Assembly: GCA_044432745.1 (NCBI GenBank)
Contig: JAWXUH010000003.1
Coordinates: forward strand, 27,283 to 91,282
Reading direction: 5' to 3'
Length of the DNA: 64,000 bases
DNA from: a bacterium
GTDB taxonomy: Bacteria; Bacillota_I; Bacilli_A; RF39; UBA660
The stretch's first letter is position 1, and each line of letters starts with the position of its first letter. The translations under genes were made by a program, and so were the position numbers. The notes under the pieces are model-generated. The model saw only the letters and a list, made by a program, of their open reading frames with translations. It had not been told where the DNA came from and made no database searches. This document shows, piece after piece, positions 10,047-21,637 of this stretch.

Positions 10047-10716
10047 TAAAGTCCCTCATTTCATAAATCATAACACCTGCAGCTACACTAGCATTTAAAC
10101 TTTCTGTATTTGGCATTATATCAATAGAAACTACTTCATCACTATTTTTTAACACTAAAGAAGATACACCATCACCCTCATTACCTATTACTAAAATTTT
10201 CTTAGGAGCATAAGAAATTTTTTTAAAATTCCTTCCACCCATTTCAGTTGAATAAACAAAATAGTTTTTCTTCTTTAAAGCATTTAGAGCATTAACAATG
10301 TTACTAACCATAACAATATTTACTTTATCTATATTACCTGCACTAACTTTGATAACAGTATCATTAACACTTACACTTCTTTTGCTTGGTATAATAATGT
10401 CTTTTACACCGGCACAAGCACAAGTTCTAATAATAGCACCAAAATTGTGGGGATCAGATAAATGATCTAAAACTACAACAAAGTCTCCTGTTATAGATTC
10501 TAAATTACCATAATCATAATCAAGAATATCTAAAACAACACCTTGATGAACACCATTTACAAGTGTATCAAGTTTTCTGTTATCAACAAAGTCGTATGAT
10601 ATTTTCTTTTCTCTTAAATATTCAATATATTCCTTCCTAGAAATATAAACTTTTTTTATTTTTTTTACATCTGTCTCAAGTAAGACATTTTTTCCATATA
10701 CTAGCATATTAACCAC
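10039..10716 (-). CDS. rlmB: TrmH/SpoU-family 23S rRNA 2'-O-methyltransferase (RlmB/YacO-like)
   Basis: SpoU motifs DPHNFGAIIRT, VIGNEGDGVS and LNASVAAGVMIYE, plus synteny with sigH. Confidence 0.8.
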   Translation of the reverse strand: MVNMLVYGKNVLLETDVKKIKKVYISRKEYIEYLREKKISYDFVDNRKLDTLVNGVHQGVVLDILDYDYGNLESITGDFVVVLDHLSDPHNFGAIIRTCACAGVKDIIIPSKRSVSVNDTVIKVSAGNIDKVNIVMVSNIVNALNALKKKNYFVYSTEMGGRNFKKISYAPKKILVIGNEGDGVSSLVLKNSDEVVSIDIMPNTESLNASVAAGVMIYEMRDFND

Positions 10717-10801
10717 CTAAATTCAAAATTATAATACCATAAATAATTAAAGGAAGAAAGTCTTTTCAAATAAAAAACAATTTTTGAACAAAAAATTGTT
10801 T

Positions 10802-11704
10802 TTACATCGACATAAATGTAGTTAAAAATAAATACATTCCACCTATAAATCCTAAAATAATTATAAATATAAATAACTTTAACCATATACTAACTTTTAG
10901 TTCATCTTGATCAAATAATTCCTCAAAATCTGAAGAATCAAATTCTTGAGAAGAAGATGACTTTACTGGTTCATCTTTCTTTTCATACATTTTATCTGCT
11001 ATAGCTTTAATATCATTTTTATTAAGCTCTTCTGCTATGTTAATTGCTTCTATTTTAATTGTTTCATCTAACTTTCTTGGAGCTGGTTCTGTAACTAAAT
11101 TAATAGGATCAGTTAAATCAGTATCCCCTTCGTCAGATTTTAAATCTTCAAATAAATCTAAAGCAACGTTTGTATACTCTTCTTTTATTTTATTTTCATG
11201 AATAACTATAGTATTTATTAAATCTAGTAGTTCTTCTGGTTCTTCTGCAACAACTGAAGTATTAGATAAAACTTCAACCTCATCGGCAAGTTCTTCAGGA
11301 TCTTCTGCAATATCTAAATTTTTTAAAATTTCATAATGAGAATCTACTGATTTTTTAACCTTATCTTCTTCATAAGTTACAACATTTTCACTTTTAGCCT
11401 TATCTAAAATTGCATTTATATCATACTCTTTTGTTTGTTCAAGTTCCTTAACTTGAATTACTTCTTCCTCTATTTTAATAGATTTTCTTTTTGGAACTTC
11501 GTTATATTTAGTATCAAGAATTCTTTTAATTCTCTCTACGTCTATAGTAGCTGTTTCACTGTTATCAATCACTGAAGTATTACTAGATATGTTAAAATCA
11601 TCAATATTTGTATTACTTATTTTGTCGTATAAATTTTTATTTTTTTCAAGTCTAGATGACCTTGTTAAAGTATCATCTTTATTAATAAATTCTCTACTTT
11701 CCAT
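10802..11704 (-). CDS. Acidic hypothetical protein with a C-terminal TM anchor
   Basis: The ORF is open from 11713. The ATG at 11704 has an AGAGG SD 9 nt upstream. E/D-rich body with internal EDPEELADEV / EEPEELLDL repeats and a single C-terminal TM. Confidence 0.5.
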   Translation of the reverse strand: MESREFINKDDTLTRSSRLEKNKNLYDKISNTNIDDFNISSNTSVIDNSETATIDVERIKRILDTKYNEVPKRKSIKIEEEVIQVKELEQTKEYDINAILDKAKSENVVTYEEDKVKKSVDSHYEILKNLDIAEDPEELADEVEVLSNTSVVAEEPEELLDLINTIVIHENKIKEEYTNVALDLFEDLKSDEGDTDLTDPINLVTEPAPRKLDETIKIEAINIAEELNKNDIKAIADKMYEKKDEPVKSSSSQEFDSSDFEELFDQDELKVSIWLKLFIFIIILGFIGGMYLFLTTFMSM

Positions 11705-11812
11705 AAATTTCAACCTCTTTATGAAAATAATAACATAAAATCAAAAAAATTCATAATAAACATTGCTTTTTTTTTATTACTTGACTATAATTGTACGTGG
11801 AGGAATAAAATA

Positions 11813-12055
11813 ATGAAAAATTTAATATTAAACGAAGATGCATGCATAGGATGTGGATGTTGTATAGCTATAGATCCTGATCATTTTGATTTTAATGAAG
11901 ATGGTCTTGCTAAAGTAATTAATACAGAAAACATCGAGACAAACTCAGTAATTAATGCTGTTGAATCTTGTCCAGTAGCTGCTATTTCTTTTGAAAGTGA
12001 AAATAGTTGTAACTGTGAATCTTGTCCAAACTCATGTGGTTGTGGATGTAATTAA
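11813..12055 (+). CDS. Small 4Fe-4S ferredoxin with a Cys-rich C-terminal tail
   Basis: CIGCGCC...SCP cluster ligands, then the tail CNCESCPNSCGCGCN. Promoter-like TTGCTT-17-TATAAT and a GGAGG SD lie upstream. Confidence 0.75.
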   Translation: MKNLILNEDACIGCGCCIAIDPDHFDFNEDGLAKVINTENIETNSVINAVESCPVAAISFESENSCNCESCPNSCGCGCN

Positions 12056-12060
12056 TAAAT

Positions 12061-12087
12061 AAAAAAATAGCTAACGCTATTTTTTTT
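12061..12087. terminator. Bidirectional terminator
   Basis: A7-TAGC-TAAC-GCTA-T8 between convergent genes. Confidence 0.6.
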
Positions 12088-14647
12088 ATACAACTTTTTG
12101 TAATCTTTTTCTTTCATAAGTCATTTGTTTTTTTGTCGCATTTAATTTATCTAGTTCAAGTAATACTAATTTTTTCATATTTAGTAATTTCTTTAAATCT
12201 GATTTTGTTAATTTTAATGGATCATATGCAACATAATCTATATTTTTCTTTTTCAATTTTTCAACTGAACCATAACCATCAGATATAACTCTTGCACTTT
12301 CACTAAATGAACCTTTAGATAAAAGTATTTTTAAATTATGTGCAGAAACTTTAAGCGCGCATATTTTACCATTTGCAACAACAGCTTTCTTATCCTCTTT
12401 AAAAGTTTCTTTGAATTTATCAGCACCAGTTTTAACTAAAGGTTTTACTTTGTCGTTTACAAAAGGAACTACATTTTTTTCTACAAAAGGTTTTACACTT
12501 TCGTCTACAAAAGGTTTTATGTTTTCATCTACAAAAGGTTTGCTATATTCTTTTACTTCTTCTATTTTTTGAGTAGTATAAGGTTTTGCATTTTGATAAC
12601 CGTAGAAAAGAACTTCTTTACAAATAACAGCTGCTTCTTTTAAATATTCATAATATTCATTGTCATAAGTACTTAACTTTTCATCAAGTTTATCTAAATT
12701 TTCTTTAGATTTTTCAACATCTATAAATTTTATTTTAGCTAATATATTATCATAAAATTCTTTCATATCTATTTGAAATTGTTCTTCTTCTAATTCATCA
12801 TTTATTGCATCTATTTCTGCTTGTTTTTTCTCAGCTTCATATAACGCATGAAATTTTTTATTAAATTCTTCTGATATTGCACTAAAGTCTTCATTTGGTA
12901 AAAATTTACCTGCACAATTTTCTAATTCAGATACAGAATAACCGTATCCAACCTTAACATTTTTACTATCTATCTTATCAGTTAATTCAGATATAAATTC
13001 ATCTTTTTTTATTAAACTTTTATATTTTTGATAAAATTCATCTTCTGGTTCATCTCTAGTAAATTTTTCTTTTAGATTGTTATAACTAGAAACTAAGTTA
13101 TCTTTTACTGTTTTACCGCAAAATGATAAATTTGCTAACATTAACATATAAAAATTTTTAGAATCAGATACAGCTTTCATTCTTAATCTTCTTAATTCTT
13201 TTTTATTTTTTGTTGTTTTTATATTTCTTTGATGAACTTTTGCAGCAGCCATACGTTCATTTTCTTGTTTTTTACGAAGTAAAGCTCTTGCTTTAAGATT
13301 TTTTTCTTTTTCTTTTTCTTCTTTTTTAAGATTAAGTTTTTCTTTTTTTAGAAGATCATCTTCTAATTTTTGAAATTCTAAAATTTCTTTCTTTTCAAGT
13401 TTAAGTTGAGCTTTTACTATTGATTTTTCTTTTTGAGTTTCAATAAATTTAGCAAATGCTTCTTTTACTTGTTTTACTTTTGTTTCGAAGTTTAATTTTC
13501 TTAATTGTTTTTGATTAAATCTATGAGCAGCTTTTTTATCTGCTTCAACTTTCTTAAGAACTAAAGCTTTTTCCTTAGCAATCTTAGCATTTGCTTTTAA
13601 AACTTCTGCTTCTTTCATTTTTGTAGCTTTAATTTCTTCTTTATTTTTAAGTTCTTCTGCTTTACGAACTGCAGTTGTTTCTTTTAAAACTACTTTTTCT
13701 TCACGTTTAATAGCTGCAGCCTTTTTAGCTTCTGCTTCTTTACGTATAAGTTCTGCTTCTTTTATAATTCTTTTTTCTTCAAATTTTTTTGCCATTTCTT
13801 TTGTAGATCTTTTAATTGAATTTACTACAAAAGTTGTATTAGCTATTATATCAATGTAGAAAAATTCAACATTTTGACTAAAGTTATATTTTACTTTCTC
13901 AAATTCAGATTTCTTGCTTTCATCAAGTTTTTCAATAGTAAAATTGCTATTTTTAGAACTTTTCTTAACATCAGATTTAAATTTATTTAAAGTCTTTTTA
14001 ACATCTTTAATAAACATATGAGTACCTGGTTTTATAATATCTGTATTTAGCGCTTTAAGATCTGACATGAATGTTATAAAATGTTCAATCATGTTGTCAA
14101 TAGAATCTAAAGTTGTATCAAATACTACTTTAGTTGCTGCTGCTGTACTAGGTTTAACAACAGTTCTATTATATTCATTTAGTTCTTCTGTGATTATATT
14201 TATTTGTTTTTTTATTCTTTCTTCTACTTTAGATAGGTTATATCCTTTATTTTTTAATTTTTTCAAATCAACTTTTTTTATAGAAAAACTAAGTGAAGAT
14301 TTTAATTCATCTAATTTAGTAATTGTTTTTTCAAAAAACAATTTATTTTTAAGTAACTCTTCCTCTTCTTCTTTTCTAGTTTGAATTCTATCTGCTATAA
14401 GTAAATTCTTAATTCTTCTACTCTCTTCTTCCATTCTTCTTTGGAATTCAGCATCAACAACTATAAGGTCATATGATTCAGTAGTTTTTTCTCCAACGTA
14501 ACCATAACCAGGTTTAATATGTTCTGGTGGTATTTTTTCAAGTAAAGCTCCTATAAAAGGATCTTTGAATTCTTCTTTTTCATATTTTTTATGTAGACTT
14601 TCAGGTAGTAAAATTACATTATTATTATTCGCTATAACCTTTTTCAT
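12086..14647 (-). CDS. Large K/E-rich coiled-coil protein of unknown function
   Basis: 853 aa with a long charged heptad-like central region. A duplicated module (..KPGYGYVGE.. and ..KVGYGYSVSE..) and a C-terminal 8-aa tandem repeat. Confidence 0.6.
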   Translation of the reverse strand: MKKVIANNNNVILLPESLHKKYEKEEFKDPFIGALLEKIPPEHIKPGYGYVGEKTTESYDLIVVDAEFQRRMEEESRRIKNLLIADRIQTRKEEEEELLKNKLFFEKTITKLDELKSSLSFSIKKVDLKKLKNKGYNLSKVEERIKKQINIITEELNEYNRTVVKPSTAAATKVVFDTTLDSIDNMIEHFITFMSDLKALNTDIIKPGTHMFIKDVKKTLNKFKSDVKKSSKNSNFTIEKLDESKKSEFEKVKYNFSQNVEFFYIDIIANTTFVVNSIKRSTKEMAKKFEEKRIIKEAELIRKEAEAKKAAAIKREEKVVLKETTAVRKAEELKNKEEIKATKMKEAEVLKANAKIAKEKALVLKKVEADKKAAHRFNQKQLRKLNFETKVKQVKEAFAKFIETQKEKSIVKAQLKLEKKEILEFQKLEDDLLKKEKLNLKKEEKEKEKNLKARALLRKKQENERMAAAKVHQRNIKTTKNKKELRRLRMKAVSDSKNFYMLMLANLSFCGKTVKDNLVSSYNNLKEKFTRDEPEDEFYQKYKSLIKKDEFISELTDKIDSKNVKVGYGYSVSELENCAGKFLPNEDFSAISEEFNKKFHALYEAEKKQAEIDAINDELEEEQFQIDMKEFYDNILAKIKFIDVEKSKENLDKLDEKLSTYDNEYYEYLKEAAVICKEVLFYGYQNAKPYTTQKIEEVKEYSKPFVDENIKPFVDESVKPFVEKNVVPFVNDKVKPLVKTGADKFKETFKEDKKAVVANGKICALKVSAHNLKILLSKGSFSESARVISDGYGSVEKLKKKNIDYVAYDPLKLTKSDLKKLLNMKKLVLLELDKLNATKKQMTYERKRLQKVV
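12434..12552 (-). repeat. Five tandem 24-bp coding repeats (KPFVDExx)x5 inside the coiled-coil gene
   Basis: Plus strand shows reiterated CTACAAAAGGTTTTA(C/T)..., which translates as KPFVDENI KPFVDESV KPFVEKNV VPFVNDKV KPLVKTGA. Confidence 0.8.
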
Positions 14648-14737
14648 TTTTTAAATTCCCCCTCATTTAAAAATTTCACAATACTATAACACAAAGTAAC
14701 ATATATGTCTAGCAAAAAAGCAAAAAAAAACGAAAAA

Positions 14738-15460
14738 CTATAGATTATTTGAGTTTTTCATTAAATTTCGCACTTCTTTTATAGAAAGTTCCCTATATTC
14801 ACCTGATTGTAAGTTACCTATATTTACGTCTCCAAAGTACGTTCTAGTAAGCTTTATAACAGGAAAACCTAGCTTTTCAAATACTTTTTTTACTATATGA
14901 TTTCTACCTTCTTCAATAGAAATTTCTATCATTGTTGTGTTTTTAACTTTGTCTTTTTTTCTTACTTTAAAATTAACAATAGCAACTCTTCTTTTATTAA
15001 GAAAAATTCCTTCTTTTAATTTATCAATAGCTGTTTTGTCAAGAACCCCTTCCAATTTTGCAAGATAAGTCTTTCTTATTTTGTTTGAAGGATGTGTTAA
15101 GTAATTAGCAAAATCTCCATCATTTGTTAAAAATAATACTCCTGTTGTATCGTAGTCAAGTCTACCAACTGGATATATTCTTTCTTCAGTATTTATTAAA
15201 TCAACTACTGTTATTCTGCCAAGATCATCACTTGCAGTACTAACAACATTTCTAGGTTTATTTAATAAATAGTATTTTTTATTAGCTTCTTTATTAATAA
15301 CTACTCCATCAATAGTAATAGTATCATTAAAAGTAACCTTGTAACCCATTTCTGTAATTAGTTCTCCATTTACGTAAACTTTTTTGTTAGAAATGAGCTT
15401 TTCTGCCTCTCTTCTTGATGCATAACCATAATTGGCTATAACCTTTTGTAATCTTTCCAT
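14738..15460 (-). CDS. rluB: Pseudouridine synthase, RsuA/RluB family
   Basis: N-terminal S4 domain (RLQKVIANYGYASRREAEKLI) and catalytic GRLDYDTTGVL. Confidence 0.85.
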   Translation of the reverse strand: MERLQKVIANYGYASRREAEKLISNKKVYVNGELITEMGYKVTFNDTITIDGVVINKEANKKYYLLNKPRNVVSTASDDLGRITVVDLINTEERIYPVGRLDYDTTGVLFLTNDGDFANYLTHPSNKIRKTYLAKLEGVLDKTAIDKLKEGIFLNKRRVAIVNFKVRKKDKVKNTTMIEISIEEGRNHIVKKVFEKLGFPVIKLTRTYFGDVNIGNLQSGEYRELSIKEVRNLMKNSNNL

Positions 15461-15711
15461 GAATTTCGCTCCTGCAATAAGTATAACATATTATACATCA
15501 AATTTGCTACTTTTCAAGTAAAACTTTATATAACAAAGTTGATACTATGCAATTTAAGTATTTTATTTAGTTTTTACAAATAGATATATTAGTATTAAAT
15601 TTTTTTTAATTATTACAACGTATTAAATAAATATTGTGGCGCTTTAACTAAGAAATAATGTAGACATAATAAGTAAAAATAGATATAATAAAAACTCAGA
15701 AAGGCCATACT

Positions 15712-16230
15712 ATGCAAATAACAATTTTAAGTATATTAATAACTGCATTAATACATACTTATGGAAATTTAAAAATATATAAACAAATTGCCGATGAAGG
15801 ATTTAAATGTGATCTACATAAATATCAAAGTTATAAAAATACAAAATTAGATCAGTATGTACTAAATACACCATACTTTAAACAATTGTTAGATTTTATA
15901 AAATATATTTTACCTGGTATAAACATTTTTGAAGCTTTAAAAGATGTTCAACAAAAATTAAAAAATGAACTTAATTATCTTATGTTAAATAGTTTATTAA
16001 AAGAAATGAGTTATGAAGAAGTAATAACTTACAATCAATTAAAAGGATTTTTTAAAAAGGTAGAATATTCTACAAAAATATCTTATGATTATGTGGATCA
16101 CACTTACAAACCAGATAATATTGTTATGTACGTTGATAAAATAGAAAATCCTGAAGTTTGCAGTGAACCTAGTATTAAATATATAGAAAGTTCTAATGAC
16201 AAACCAAAAGTAAGAGTTAGAAAAAATTAA
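15712..16230 (+). CDS. Hypothetical protein with an N-terminal hydrophobic segment
   Basis: 172-aa ORF with no recognised motif. Confidence 0.4.
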   Translation: MQITILSILITALIHTYGNLKIYKQIADEGFKCDLHKYQSYKNTKLDQYVLNTPYFKQLLDFIKYILPGINIFEALKDVQQKLKNELNYLMLNSLLKEMSYEEVITYNQLKGFFKKVEYSTKISYDYVDHTYKPDNIVMYVDKIENPEVCSEPSIKYIESSNDKPKVRVRKN

Positions 16231-16237
16231 TTAATTA

Positions 16238-16271
16238 AAAAAAATTATTTTATTAGTAAAATAATTTTTTT
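16238..16271. terminator. Bidirectional AT-rich hairpin terminator
   Basis: AAAAAATTATTTTA-TTAG-TAAAATAATTTTTT between convergent genes. Confidence 0.5.
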
Positions 16272-16280
16272 ATTGTTTAT

Positions 16281-18014
16281 TTATTTTTTTTCTTCGATTT
16301 TATTATTTATATGAGTTACAAACTCATCATAAGTTAAAGTCGTAGTTTCAGTTTCTCCAAATAATCTATAACTAATAGTTTTATTATCAACTTCGTTTTG
16401 ACCTATTATTAAAGTAAGTGGAACCTTAGACATTTGACTTTCACGCATTTTATATCCAAGTTTTTCTTCTCTCTTATCAAGAGTTACTCTGTAACCAAGT
16501 TCTTTAAATTTAGAATATATTTCTTCACTGTATTCTAAATGGTAAGAATTATTAACTGGTATAATATTCATTTGAACTGGTGCAATCCAAAGTGGAAATA
16601 CACCTGCATAATGTTCAATTAAGATGCCAATAAATCTTTCAATAGAACCAAATATAACTCTATGAACCATAACTGGTCTTTTCTTCTCACCATCTTTAGC
16701 AATATAATTAAGATCAAATCTCTCTGGTAAATTCATATCTAGTTGAATAGTACCACATTGCCAAACTCTACCTAAAGAATCTCTTATATGGAAATCAAGT
16801 TTAGGCCCATAAAATGCACCATCACCTGGATTAATTTTACATTCTTTACCAGCTTTTTTACAAGCAGATTCTAATGCTTTTTCAGATTTTTCCCAGATAT
16901 CCAAATCACCTATGTATTTATCTTCTGGTCTAGTAGATAATTCAATTTTATAAGTTAAACCAAATACACTATATACTCTATCTATAAAGTTAATTAAACT
17001 TACTATTTCACTTTCAATTTGATCTTCTGTCATAAAAATATGTGCATCATCTTGAGTAAAATTTCTAACTCTAAACAAACCATTAAGAGCGCCACTTGCT
17101 TCATGTCTATGAACTAAACCAAGTTCACCACTTCTTATTGGTAGATCTTTGTAAGAATGTAAACCATTTTTGTAAACCAATAGTCCTCCTGGACAATTCA
17201 TTGGTTTAATAGCAAATTCTCTATCATCTATACTAGAAGTATACATGTTTTCTCTATAATTATGCCAATGTCCTGATATTTCCCATAAATCTTTATTAAG
17301 CATTATAGGAGTTTTTATAAACTCATAATTTTCCTTAGCATGCTCTTCATACCAAAAATTTTCAAGAATATTTCTAAGAACCATACCTTTGTGAAGGAAA
17401 AATGGAAAACCTGGGCCGTATTCACTCATCATGAACAATCCCATATCCTTACCTATTTTCTTATGATCTCTTTTTTTAGCTTCTTCCAATAATTCTAAAT
17501 GATTATTTAATTCTTCTTCAGTAGGAAAACACACACCATATATTCTTTGTAATACTTTATTATTAGAATCACCTTTATAATATGCACCTGAAAATTTAAG
17601 TAATTTAAAATATTTACATTCTTTTACAGTATCAACATGTGGTCCTCTACATAAATCTGTAAAATCTGCTTGTGAATAACAAGATATTTCTACATCTTCA
17701 TCCATATTGTTAATTAAATCTAATTTATATTCATCATTAGAAAATTTTTCTAAAGCTTCTTCTTTAGATAAAACATTTCTAATAATTCTCTTTCCATCTT
17801 TAGATATTTTTTTCATTTCTTTAGATATTTTTTCAATATCACTTTCATCTATAGATTTATCACCTAAATCTATATCATAGTAAAAACCTTCTTCTATAAC
17901 AGGACCAACCCAAAATTTAGCCTCTGGAAAAAGATTTTTTACTGCTTGAGCAAGCATATGTGCACAACTATGATTTAGTACACTAAGCTTTTCATCTTCT
18001 TTAATATTTATCAT
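16281..18014 (-). CDS. thrS: Threonine--tRNA ligase lacking the N-terminal TGS domain
   Basis: 577 aa that starts just before the editing-domain HxxxH (NHSCAHMLAQAV). Class II motifs (FRVRNFTQDDAHIF, GDGAFYGPKLD) and an anticodon-binding C-terminus. Confidence 0.92.
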   Translation of the reverse strand: MINIKEDEKLSVLNHSCAHMLAQAVKNLFPEAKFWVGPVIEEGFYYDIDLGDKSIDESDIEKISKEMKKISKDGKRIIRNVLSKEEALEKFSNDEYKLDLINNMDEDVEISCYSQADFTDLCRGPHVDTVKECKYFKLLKFSGAYYKGDSNNKVLQRIYGVCFPTEEELNNHLELLEEAKKRDHKKIGKDMGLFMMSEYGPGFPFFLHKGMVLRNILENFWYEEHAKENYEFIKTPIMLNKDLWEISGHWHNYRENMYTSSIDDREFAIKPMNCPGGLLVYKNGLHSYKDLPIRSGELGLVHRHEASGALNGLFRVRNFTQDDAHIFMTEDQIESEIVSLINFIDRVYSVFGLTYKIELSTRPEDKYIGDLDIWEKSEKALESACKKAGKECKINPGDGAFYGPKLDFHIRDSLGRVWQCGTIQLDMNLPERFDLNYIAKDGEKKRPVMVHRVIFGSIERFIGILIEHYAGVFPLWIAPVQMNIIPVNNSYHLEYSEEIYSKFKELGYRVTLDKREEKLGYKMRESQMSKVPLTLIIGQNEVDNKTISYRLFGETETTTLTYDEFVTHINNKIEEKK

Positions 18015-18504
18015 TTTTTACCTTTCTCATTCTAGCAATGCATTCTTGTGGCATAGTAGAATTTGTAACACTATCAATATTTAATGCTACTACAACATCA
18101 CGTCTTAAATCTAACGTTTTTTCAACTACAGTAACAGTTTCTTCTAGTTCAACTTCTTCTTTTATAATGTCTATAACTGGAGAAGTTACTAAAGCTTCTA
18201 CCTCTACTTCACTTAAGTTAGTTCTATATTTAGAAATTAATTCATCTAATTTAACACCTTCACTCAAGTGTATAACAGGAAAACCATCACATCTATATTC
18301 ATAAACAAATGATGGACATGTATATCTAAGATCTTCGTATACTTCTCTTACAAAATTGAAAATTATTTTTTTATCACTTTTTGCATTTACAGAAGCTACA
18401 ACATCTACCGCATACTCGGAAAGTTCGTGGGTGGTTATAAAATTTCTGTTACTATCAAAAAGTTCTATAAATAAATTACCTAATAAAAATTCTACATCAT
18501 ACAT
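18001..18504 (-). CDS. Hypothetical 167-aa protein, first gene of the T-box-controlled thrS operon
   Basis: The ORF begins right after the T-box terminator. Its stop overlaps the thrS start by 14 nt. No recognisable domain, and it is not TGS-like. Confidence 0.55.
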   Translation of the reverse strand: MYDVEFLLGNLFIELFDSNRNFITTHELSEYAVDVVASVNAKSDKKIIFNFVREVYEDLRYTCPSFVYEYRCDGFPVIHLSEGVKLDELISKYRTNLSEVEVEALVTSPVIDIIKEEVELEETVTVVEKTLDLRRDVVVALNIDSVTNSTMPQECIARMRKVKNDKY

Positions 18505-18714
18505 AATACTACTTCTCCCAAAAGAAAAACCGCCTACATGCCAAGGAGCAAATATGCGGTACCATCCTATTTTTTTCTTAATTCGTATAACGGCATTACC
18601 CGAAGTTTATTAACTTACTTAGAAAGGAGTAATAAAAAAATTCATTATTAGTTCTCACCTACCACTAACTCTCTTAAAATAAAATTCTTTTTATCGTATC
18701 TTTCTTCATCGATT
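18505..18714 (-). promoter_or_regulatory. T-box riboswitch leader, probable Thr specifier
   Basis: Minus strand has an AGAGA bulge, a GGTGAGA distal-loop-like element and the T-box sequence AGGAUGGUACCGC (18556-18568). A terminator CCGCAUAU..AUGUAGGCGG plus U-run follows. ACU (18628-18630) lies in the predicted specifier loop UACUC. Confidence 0.8.
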
Positions 18715-18720
18715 TCATTA

Positions 18721-18749
18721 ATTATAACACTACATTATTGCTATTGCAA
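18721..18749 (-). promoter_or_regulatory. Sigma-A-type promoter of the T-box/thrS operon
   Basis: TTGCAA (18744-18749), 17 nt spacer, TATAAT (18721-18726). Confidence 0.6.
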
Positions 18750-18764
18750 TAACTAAGAAAAACT

Positions 18765-19580
18765 TTACATATTATTAACCTTGATTTTTTTTAAACGCAC
18801 TGCACCTTTATTACACTCTGAAGTTATTTCATCTATAGATATGTTATATGTTCTTATAAATTCATCAAACTCATATTTAAGTTTATCATCCATATAACCA
18901 TTAGTTTGTAAAATATGAATTGCACTTATCATAGCCTCTTGGCTTTTGAAATTAACTATATCATCTACAAGTTTATTTAATTCTTCTGTAGATAAGTTTA
19001 TATTATTTTGTATATCATTAAATTGCTTAACGTTAGCTTCATATTCTACATTTTTAACACTACTATAAAAAAAGATACTAAGTAGTGATATCATTAAAGA
19101 TGATTTTATTATACTTAACACTAAGCTTTCTTCTTTAATTATGTTTTCGTTTTCAAAAACATAATATTGATCTGCTAAAAATATTTCTATTTTATTTTCT
19201 TTAGTTTCACTACTATAGACACTTCCTTCACCAAGTAATTCTATTAATTCGTTAAAAGTATTAGTTTTTAGTATATCTAGTAATAAATTTTTATCAATGT
19301 CATATTTAGTTATTTTGTTATTATGAACTAAAATAAAATCTCCATTATTTACATTTTTAAATATTGTTGATTCGTAACTACTATTTATAAATTCCCCTTC
19401 TTGTTTATCAAATTCATGCTTATCACTATTTAATAAACAAATAAAATAAACAGTAAATAAGAAACCTGATACTAACTGAGTATTGCTTAATTTTTTATAC
19501 TTTTCTTTTGAAAACTTATTTCTTTCATTTAGGATTTTTAATATTTCTTTTTGTTTAATCAATTCTTCTTTGTTATACAT
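18765..19580 (-). CDS. Hypothetical membrane-associated protein
   Basis: 271-aa ORF with two hydrophobic segments and no recognised motif. Confidence 0.45.
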   Translation of the reverse strand: MYNKEELIKQKEILKILNERNKFSKEKYKKLSNTQLVSGFLFTVYFICLLNSDKHEFDKQEGEFINSSYESTIFKNVNNGDFILVHNNKITKYDIDKNLLLDILKTNTFNELIELLGEGSVYSSETKENKIEIFLADQYYVFENENIIKEESLVLSIIKSSLMISLLSIFFYSSVKNVEYEANVKQFNDIQNNINLSTEELNKLVDDIVNFKSQEAMISAIHILQTNGYMDDKLKYEFDEFIRTYNISIDEITSECNKGAVRLKKIKVNNM

Positions 19581-19636
19581 ACTTCCTGCCTTCAGACAAA
19601 CATTTTAACATAAAAAAACTATAAAATGCATAAATT

Positions 19637-21637
<2,001 letters not shown>

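Noticed and set aside
14067-14384. 105-aa plus-strand ORF inside the coiled-coil gene.
   Set aside because: It is antisense to a long K/E-rich CDS. The low-complexity Ser/Phe/Leu translation is a mirror-frame artefact.
18038-18613. Two plus-strand ORFs (88 and 85 aa) opposite the thrS-leader ORF and the T-box.
   Set aside because: They are antisense to a coupled operon and to a recognisable T-box leader. Neither has an SD.
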